DNA from: the human T2T-CHM13v2.0 reference genome, Homo sapiens
DNA length: 64,000 bases
Assembly: GCF_009914755.1 (NCBI RefSeq)
Contig: NC_060934.1
Direction: 5' to 3' (one strand)
In this document: piece by piece, positions 27,998 through 36,468 of the stretch
Layout of the letters: every line of letters begins with the position of its first letter
Numbering within the stretch: the stretch's first letter is position 1
Program-made: the position numbers and the translations under genes
Notes under the pieces: model-generated
Databases searched by the model: none
The model's input: only the letters and a program-made list of their open reading frames with translations
What the model was told of the DNA's origin: nothing

Positions 27998-28687
27998 CTA
28001 TGGTTTAGAATCACTTTCATCAGACACAGCATCATCTTTAGTATGATTTTAAATAATCTGCCATGTTCCTGTTGTCCTCACAATTGTACCCTTACACAAT
28101 CTATCTATACATAGAAAATGTATTTCACATGGCTATAAAAGTACAGTATGATCAAAACTGTTGCTGTAATGCTTCCTCCTCTTTTACTTAATGCCTGCTG
28201 GGTTCTGAGTTGACAATTTCCTTACCCATTTTCAGTATGTCCCTAATTCATGCTTCATTGGGCATCTTTTATCATAAAGCTCTATTCTCCTGGAATTAAT
28301 ATCCTTGCCATATTTCACAGGGCAGAAACAGCTGAGCTTATAAATAGGCACAGTCCTTTTGAAGGATGGGTTGATCCTACAACAACACACTTTCCTAAGG
28401 ATGATGACAACTCGCATCACCCCTAGAACGGCTGGTATGAACCGAGTTTCCACACAGTCTGGCTGGCATTGCAGTCAGGAGATGTTTGGCTACTTCACAT
28501 GTTTTGAACACTAGTAAATCTTAAGGTACTTGTGTTCTCTGGTGTGAATTGTCTCTCTCTCTAGGTATCGCTTCTGACCATTTGTTTCCATTTCTGTGTT
28601 AACTGGGTCTAAACATTGTACAAAGATTTAAAACAAAACACTCCACCAGCGCTTCCCCAAGAGGCTGGTGTCGGTTTCCGAACCCAC

Positions 28688-28789
28688 TTGCAGATGGGTA
28701 TTTTTTCTAGAGCCAATTTCATGGTTTCTTCCACCTCTGACAGCCGCCTCCCCTTTTCTTCTCGTTCACGTTCTTTCATTCTCAGCTTC
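28688..28789 (-). pseudogene. Exon: NPIP exon 5 / MIA3 KLSQEEYER exon homolog (102 nt, open)
   Basis: KLRMKEREREEKGRRLSEVEETMKLALEKIPIC vs NPIP [33 protein letters not shown] and MIA3 [33 protein letters not shown] (12/33); ctcag|...|gtgggt. Confidence 0.9.
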
Positions 28790-29150
28790 CTGAGTCGAGA
28801 AGGGAGAGAAATGCATGCACGTGATCCACTGGCCTGTGTGGGATTCCTTGCGGCATCTGAAGGCCGTGATTCAAAGGTCCCCTGACAACCTTCCCATAAA
28901 TGAACCAACTGATCCTCACAACTGGGGGGAGAATTAACACCTTCCATGGGACAAAGAAAAAGCACATTCTGGCCTGCTGGCAAGTCACCTGTCGTTTCCA
29001 GCTCATCTTCATCGCTCTGTATTCCTACTCTTTAGTAAATATGAACTATTAAAAGCTTCTATGAGATGCGCTATGTGTGCTTCTGGGGTCAGTCTTTTGC
29101 CTGACATAGCGAAAGCTCATTTTAGTTCAGTGTAGAAAACCAGACCTCAC

Positions 29151-29370
29151 CAGCTCATCACAACTAAACCCATAAGGACGGAGCAGAGGATCACTCCTCG
29201 TCTGACTCCTCCCACAGGGAAACCTGATTCTCCATCAGAGGCTGATGCCAGAACCCAGACAATCAGCCTCAGAGAGATCCTTCCAGGACATGCTGTCATT
29301 AGCCCTGCGGTTCACTACTGCACATGTCCATGATTCAGGACTGGAACTCTTCTCATCGACTTTAAAGATC
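29151..29370 (-). ncRNA. Candidate 220-nt non-coding exon resembling subtelomeric-duplicon lncRNA exons
   Basis: ccttttctctcaaccag|GATCTTTAAAGTCGATG...GAGCTG|gtgagg. Similarity to LINC01002/FAM157-type transcripts is from memory. Confidence 0.5.
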
Positions 29371-29660
29371 CTGGTTGAGAGAAAAGGCCAATCTGAGTGC
29401 TGGGTGCATCTACTGAATTGGAAATGATCCAATGGCTCTTTAGTCAGGGTGTTATGTCCTGAAAATAGGTGACAACTGCAAACCATCCTCTGGTGTCCAG
29501 AGACTTTAACAAGGTTTGTTTCACACAGACTGAGGGCAGAAAAAAGGAAATGGCCTAAAAAGGTGGGTTTGCTGTGTTGCCTCACACTACTTGATTCATG
29601 GTTCTGATTCTAAAAATCTCACTTGATACTTGATTTCATATGAAAGACGTGTAAAATGCC

Positions 29661-30900
29661 TGGGTAGAGGCGGCGGCGGCGGCGGCGGCGGCGGGCTCGG
29701 AGGCAGCGGTTGGGCTCGCGGCGAGCGGACGGGGTCGAGTCAGTGCCGTTTGCGCCAGTTGGAATCGAAGCCTCTTAAAATGGCAGATGATTTGGACTTC
29801 GAGACAGGAGATGCAGGGGCCTCAGCCACCTTCCCAATGCAGTGCTCAGCATTACGTAAGAATGGCTTTGTGGTGCTCAAAGGCTGGCCATGTAAGATCG
29901 TGGAGATGTCTGCTTCGAAGACTGGCAAGCACGGCCACGCCAAGGTCCATCTGGTTGGTATTGACATCTTTACTGGGAAGAAATATGAAGATATCTGCCC
30001 GTCAACTCATAATATGGATGTCCCCAACATCAAAAGGAATGACTTCCAGCTGATTGGCATCCAGGATGGGTACCTATCACTGCTCCAGGACAGCGGGGAG
30101 GTACCAGAGGACCTTCGTCTCCCTGAGGGAGACCTTGGCAAGGAGATTGAGCAGAAGTACGACTGTGGAGAAGAGATCCTGATCACGGTGCTGTCTGCCA
30201 TGACAGAGGAGGCAGCTGTTGCAATCAAGGCCATGGCAAAATAACTGGCTCCCAAGGTGGCAGTGGTGGCAGCAGTGATCCTCCGAACCTGCAGAGGCCC
30301 CCTCCCCCAGCCTGGCCTGGCTCTGGCCTGGTCCTAGGTTGGACTCCTCCTACACAATTTATTTGACGTTTTATTTTGGTTTTCCCCACCCCCTCAATCT
30401 GTCAGGGAGCCCCTGCCCTTCACCTAGCTCCCTTGGCCAGGAGCGAGCGAAGCCATGGCCTTGGTGAAGCTGCCCTCCTCTTCTCCCCTCACACTACAGC
30501 CCTGGTGGGGGAGAAGGGGGTGGGTGCTGCTTGTGGTTTAGTCTTTTTTTTTTTTTTAAATTCAATCTGGAATCAGAAAGCGGTGGATTCTGGCAAATGG
30601 TCCTTGTGCCCTCCCCACTCATCCTTGGTCTGGTCCCCTGTTGCCCATAGCCCTTTACCCTGAGCACCACCCAACAGACTGGGGACCAGCCCCCTCGCCT
30701 GCCTGTGTCTCTCCCCAAACCCCTTTAGATGGGGAGGGAAGAAGAGGAGAGGGGAGGGGACCTGCCCCCTCCTCAGGCATCTGGGAAGGGCCTGCCCCCA
30801 TGGGCTTTACCCTTCCCTGCGGGCTCTCTCCCCGACACATTTGTTAAAATCAAACCTGAATAAAACTACAAGTTTAATATGAAAAAAAAAAAAAAAGAAA
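29661..30900 (+). mobile_element. EIF5A processed-mRNA retrocopy (5'UTR, CDS, 3'UTR, polyA)
   Basis: Perfect 19-bp TSD GAAAGACGTGTAAAATGCC at 29642-29660 and 30901-30919; AATAAA at 30859-30864; poly(A) about 30882-30900; no introns. Confidence 0.97.
29780..30244 (+). CDS. EIF5AL1: eIF5A-1-like protein, intact intronless retrogene (154 aa)
   Basis: ATG at 29780 gives [15 protein letters not shown]...AIKAMAK*. Hypusine motif [10 protein letters not shown] (Lys50) is intact. W36, A45 and P109 differ from recalled EIF5A (R/T/R), as recalled for EIF5AL1. Confidence 0.93.
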   Translation: MADDLDFETGDAGASATFPMQCSALRKNGFVVLKGWPCKIVEMSASKTGKHGHAKVHLVGIDIFTGKKYEDICPSTHNMDVPNIKRNDFQLIGIQDGYLSLLQDSGEVPEDLRLPEGDLGKEIEQKYDCGEEILITVLSAMTEEAAVAIKAMAK

Positions 30901-32102
30901 GAAAGACGTGTAAAATGCCAAGAACTCTAGGAAACAGGGACAAAAACACTTCAAAGAGAAAGTTCATGCACTTGTTTCTGACCACCCAGGGCACCCTTCA
31001 GCACACGCTGTCTGGAGTGGCCTGAAGCAAGGAGTGTCTTGTGAGGTGCAGAGGATGCAATGGGAGCAGGGTCCTGTCCCCACCCTAAAGGAGTTCACAG
31101 TTTAACGCAAATGAGAAGCCAGTGAGGACATCACTACTCCTGCTGTGAACTTGGGAACTAGAAACACAAAACCTGAGTCTGGAGGGAAGCTAAGGAAGCA
31201 TTCTGCTCTGGAGTAGACATGAGTGCGTGTGAAGCTTCTGATCTCCCATGAGAGCAATGGGGACATGGGGCAGAATCTAAAACCCATGACTGAAAGCACC
31301 AAATTGCTAAAATGGCAATAAAGAGACATGAGGCCAAGATGGAGAAGAAGGAACCCAGGACGAGGGTCAGCCTCACATTTGGGGCTCATTTCCCTCAGTT
31401 TCCTCACTGAATTTCAGAAGGGACTAACTGAGATGCAAAGAAGCAGAGCAGCTTTTGCACCATGTGGAGGACTAGATGGAAAACAAGTAGACTGAGGGTC
31501 TGCTAGTGAAGGTGACCCCTACTGAAGTCCACTGGCTTTGGTTGGGACCCAGAAGAGTCACACGCCAGGAATAGAGGTGGACAGGAAACACCCTGACTTT
31601 TGTAGGGACTGAACCTCACTGATAACCTCAATTGCGGATGGTATGGAGGGTGTCTAGGTGTGCTAGGACCCCTGCCCATTCCCCAGAAATAGACTCCCAT
31701 CTTTTCTACAGCAAGATAACGTGCTAGTAGGCCTCAATTCATTGCTAAATATTTTTAACGAGTGTCTTACATTTAGCCAAAAAGACTAGTCATGTGGCAG
31801 GAAAAATACAATGTCATATGACCAAAAGCTAAAAGACTGTGAAAATGAATCCAGAGGTGACCCAAGCATTGAATTTAACAATGCCAGTACCTGGACCTCC
31901 GCTTGCCCCTAAAACATTACAATCAAGAATGTAGGAAGGGAAAGGAAACACGAAGATTAATCAAGCAGGAAGGACAAGCTCAGTTTTGCACCCACTGAAT
32001 TTGCCACAAATATTGTGGAAAATATTCTCGGGGACATTGCAGTTGTCTACTTTGGTTGGCACATGGTTCATACAACAGTGTTTGTGTCAGTGAACATCTT
32101 AC

Positions 32103-32241
32103 TCTTCCTCGGCAGTCTTTCTTTGCCCAGAGATTTCGCAATGACTGTTGACCTTCATCATCACCTTTTGGACTTTGGCTTGCACTTTAGCTTCTGTAGA
32201 TCTCCATGATGTAAAGAAGTATTTTAGGTCCATTTTAATTC
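32103..32241 (-). pseudogene. Exon: NPIP exon 4 / MIA3 DQVKKL exon homolog (139 nt, phase 1-2, open)
   Basis: (G)IKMDLKYFFTSWRSTEAKVQAKVQKVMMKVNSHCEISGQRKTAEE vs NPIP [49 protein letters not shown]; ttgcag|...|gtaaga. Confidence 0.9.
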
Positions 32242-32405
32242 CTGCAAAGGATAAAATCCTTCTATTTGTGTGCATATAAGTGGACCTGAGCCCTTGGTTA
32301 GGGTGTAGAGAGGAGAAGGGGAGAAACCTGAGGGCCAGAAGCTGTTCTTTCCCTTAAAAGGGCAAACTCATTTCCACACTATGGGGACTCTGACAGATAG
32401 CATAC

Positions 32406-32504
32406 CTTCCTGTCTATGGCTATTGGACCTGCAGGCTTTCCCCTGTAAATCCGTGTTCTGTCATTGACATTTTGTGACTGTAAGACAGACTTGAGATAAG
32501 ACAT
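32406..32504 (-). pseudogene. Exon: NPIP exon 3 homolog (99 nt, 1-nt deletion)
   Basis: MSYLKSVLQSQNVND/TDLQGKACRSNSHRQE(G) vs NPIP [34 protein letters not shown]; ttctag|...|gtatgc. Confidence 0.88.
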
Positions 32505-32649
32505 CTAGAAAACAATAATTGAACAATGATGTGAATATATTTCACACAACTGAACTGTACATTTCAACAAGGTTAAGATGGTAATTATCACGTTATACAT
32601 TTTTTACCGCAGGTTAAAATGTTTCACAGGTTGAAAGGAAAGCAACTAC

Positions 32650-32794
32650 CTTCAGTTCTCTGAGTTCAAGAATTTGTAACATTTCACCCCCTGCTCCTTC
32701 CTGATCTTCTGTGGAGCATCTTTTTTCCATCCATGCTCTACTCAGAGCCCACTTTCCCTTCCCTGACACCAGCTTCACTGAGGCTGGTTGGAAC
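32650..32794 (-). pseudogene. Exon: MIA3 VQIALNEAK exon homolog (homology 32794-32691), extended to a donor at 32649
   Basis: VPTSLSEAGVREGKVGSE* then frameshift to DAPQKIRKEQ, vs [20 protein letters not shown]...NARLKKKKEQ; tgttag acceptor. Confidence 0.75.
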
Positions 32795-32943
32795 CTAACA
32801 CAAAACATTCTCAGTAATGACTGAATTCCCACAAAGAATTCCATATAGACTGCATATGAGTTGAATCTTCTAAGACATGAAATATTTGTTCTCTTCTTGG
32901 CTAATATGCAATGCAAATCCTGTTGCAGATGTACGTCATATAC

Positions 32944-33015
32944 CTCTGAAATTCCTGATGTATTCAATGAAATAACATCTTTAAAGTTCTGTGTAGAATG
33001 TTTTTTTTCTGATTT
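32944..33015 (-). pseudogene. Exon: MIA3 coiled-coil exon homolog (72 nt)
   Basis: KSEKKHSTQNFKDVISLNTSGISE vs MIA3 [24 protein letters not shown] (13/24); ag|...|gtatat. Confidence 0.88.
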
Positions 33016-33938
33016 CTTCACATACGATAGAAAAAAAAACCCAAAAAAACATGTACTAGGATTTCAATAGAAGCAATGGGTGATCTAAAAAGATGAAAGA
33101 GCAACCGCATGCGCCCTACAGCTACCGCTAGATTTTATGGGGAAAGCAGCTGGCCCAGTTTGCAGCTAGGAGAAATGTCAAACACATGAAGAAATGAGAA
33201 GCAAAGAAAAACCATGAGGCATGAACATTTCATGGCAATCACGATGTCCTGGTTTGTGAGATAATGGGATAGAGGAGTAGAAAACAAGGAGAAAGATGAG
33301 AAGGTACAAAGTGGTTCAAGTCAAACAGCTCAACTGAACTTTTCTTAATGGAATATTTAAAAAGTGGTACATTAAAAAACTTCCCCCAGTTCACATCAAA
33401 AATTCTCTCTTCAGGACTAAGTTGGGTAGAGACTGTTCAATGTGCCTAGATATCTTCAGAACTTATATATTTTCTGTTTTCTACGTATGTTGAAGGGCAG
33501 TGCCAAATGATGTGTAATTATCTAGGTTGTAAAAATAAAACATACTCCCCCTTCCCTTGAGGATAAAAAAGCATTGTGGTATTAGCACTTTTTTCTTGGA
33601 TCATTGTTCAGAAGATGTTTAAGCCCCTAGACACCCAAACTTTTACTGTCATGAACAGCAAGAGAAAACGTAGAGCTCGATTTACTCAATGGACAAAAAT
33701 GCTCAAAAGCCAAATTATGGCACAATTTAGCAGCCACATTCTTAACCAGTACAGACTTTTGACATACCGATCCCTCTCCAGTGGCAACCGAGAATGTGTA
33801 CTTTGAATGATGCCATTTGAAATGACCACTCATTACTCTGCCCAGACACACTTTTCATTGATTCTTCGGAGGGCAGTTCCAAGAGATTCTCTGGGGCTTT
33901 CTCTGCATCATGAGACACAGTGCAGTTCTGCCCTTGAC

Positions 33939-34026
33939 CTTCCTGCAGTTTGTCGCCTCTTCCTCATGATCTCAGAGGAACTTTGTCTCAGGCCAGCTGT
34001 TTGTTCCTTGGGCTCTTTCATTTCCC
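33939..34026 (-). pseudogene. Candidate degenerate exon (MIA3 IKESKK...DEAIKYK homolog)
   Basis: tttttag|GGGAAATG...GGAAG|gt. Reads MKEPKEQ..., then EEATNCRK after a frameshift. Position is colinear but similarity is weak. Confidence 0.4.
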
Positions 34027-34639
34027 CTAAAAATCATTTGCTGTCCTGCCTTCATCTCCATCTCCCGTTTCCCTGAGAAGAGGGTGCTCATTAAGCATCA
34101 GTCATCTGGCCCTTCTTGCAGTCTCATTTTTTGGCTGGCTCCCATGTTTATGCATGTTAATAAGGTTCTATGTTTTCCTTCTCCTGTTAAGCTGTCTGTT
34201 GTTAGTACATTGCTGCAGTGAACTTTTAGAGAGGAGAGTGGAAGCTTTCCTTCCACCCATACAATAGAACTATAAAGCAGAAAAGTTTAGAAAGAATTTC
34301 TTATTTAAGTGCTGAAACTTTATACTTCAGTTTTTGATAAAGAGCAGAGGGCTTAAAAAAAACGTATTTTTGACCAAAAGCTCTGTTGACATTCTATTAA
34401 ACAAACACAAACCTATTTAATTTTTTAATTAAATAGGTTGAATTAAAAATTTAAAAAAATTTTAAAAATCTGCCATAATTTAAATGGCAGATTTTTCATA
34501 ATTCTTATGCTAATAAATCATTTCCTGATTTTTTAAATAAAACCCAATATTCATAATGAAGTCCAGAACCACAAATTGTTTTAAATAATTTCTTATTTGT
34601 GATTACAAGTCCACCTCTAGGGAAAGTTAGTGTACTCAC

Positions 34640-34771
34640 ACCAAGGCTAGTTTTGCAGAAGAAAATGGCAAGTTTGTAAATTCCCAGGGACACAACAATA
34701 ATGATAAGCATCCAAGGAATTCCAAAAAAGTCAGGCCCGGGATGAAAATGCCCAGGCAGAAAATTGACGAT
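34640..34771 (-). pseudogene. Exon: TANGO1 TM-hairpin exon / NPIP exon 2 homolog (132 nt)
   Basis: IVNFLPGHFHPGPDFFGIPWMLIIIVVSLGIYKLAIFFCKTSLG vs MIA3 [44 protein letters not shown] (about 20/44, ungapped). Donor gtgagt intact; acceptor reads CAT. Confidence 0.9.
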
Positions 34772-35455
34772 ATGGAATACTACTAGTTGACATAATGAGA
34801 AGGCTCAATGACATTTACAATATTTCAGTTACAAAGAATCATCCTTAGAAACCCTTAACCTCCTCCAAGAAGTAACCACACCCCTCAGATATCCCCGGGC
34901 AATTCCACTGCTTCAGGAAAGATTGGAAATTTCCAGTCTCATGTTTCTTGCATGGATGGTAGTGTATTTAGGCGTGCAAATGTGGGCTGTCTTTTTTCTT
35001 GGTCTGAAGCAGGCATGTCCAGTCTTTTGGCTTCCCTGGGCTATATTAGAAGGAGAATTGTCTTGTGCCACACATAAAATACACTAACAATAACTGATGA
35101 GAAAAAAAAAATCACAAAAAAATCTCAGAATGTTTGAAGAAAGTTTAGAAATTTGTGATGGGCTGCATTCAGAAAAGCTGTCCTGGGTTGAATACACTCT
35201 GCCACCCATGGGTTGGACAAACTAGTTATAAAGTAATTATCTTTAAAGTCATTTACTTATTTTTTAGATTGAAATATAATATTGAGTGTATTTGTCATGT
35301 ATCACATGATAAAGGAATCTCTCTGGATCCCACTTCTCTCTTGAATTACATGAATCTTTGCAATTTAAAGAATGTAAGTAAAAAAATACAATTAAGAGAT
35401 GACTTCATTCAGAAATAAGTATCAAATTTTAGTGCTTAAAAATAACCAAGGTGGA

Positions 35456-35768
35456 GGGTGGGGGCAGTGGCTCATGCCTGTAATCTCAGCACTTTGGGAG
35501 GCTGAGGCAGGTGGATTACCTGAGGTCAAGAGTTTGTGACCAGCCTGGCCAACATGGAGAAACCCCATCTCTACTAAAACATACAAAAATTCTCTGGGTA
35601 TGGTGGCAGGTGCCTGTAATCCCAGCTAATTCGGAGGCTGAGGAGGCTGAGGAAGAAGAATCGCTTGAACCCAGGAGGCACAGGTTGTGGTGAGCCAAGA
35701 CCACCCAGCTGCACTCCAGCCTGGGCAACAAGAGGAAACTCCATCTCAAAACAATAAATAAATAAATA
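35456..35768 (+). mobile_element. AluS
   Basis: Full-length; small internal duplication ggaggctga. Confidence 0.9.
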
Positions 35769-36135
35769 TTTAGATATTTGTGTTACATTATTTGTAATAT
35801 ATAAAAAAAGAGTCCACACTGTATGATGGAAGAATGAGAAAAATATAAGGAAAAAGTCTTAAAGTTATAGATGAAAATATGACATAAAGATATGTTTATA
35901 TCTATGCAAAACTGAGAGTGGACAGCTGCTATAATAATAATACCTGGGTTATATTCCAACAAAAATAATCACAGATGGTTGTTTAGCCCAAGTTTCTAAA
36001 ATCAGTGTTCACTTTGCTGCTGACACAGCGTACGTCACGTCAGATTTTCAAAGTCAAAAAGAATTTGCATAACAAAGTCTTTTTGGAATTATGATTAAAA
36101 CTGTGAGAATTGAATTTAGTTAAAAATACAACACC

Positions 36136-36468
<333 letters not shown>

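Larger units (their letters stand above)
23189..34771 (-). pseudogene. Unprocessed multi-exon MIA3(TANGO1)-derived / NPIP-like pseudogene
   Basis: Series of splice-site-bounded exons whose translations match recalled MIA3 and NPIP segments colinearly with conserved phases. Carries stops, frameshifts and splice-site lesions (see exon entries). Confidence 0.88.

Noticed and set aside
29630-30244. 204-aa ORF as the real protein
   Set aside because: It starts at a TTG outside the retrocopy. The canonical ATG is at 29780.
23189-34771. CTAGE-family retrogene
   Set aside because: CTAGE copies are intronless and MIA2-derived. This locus has introns and MIA3-type motifs.
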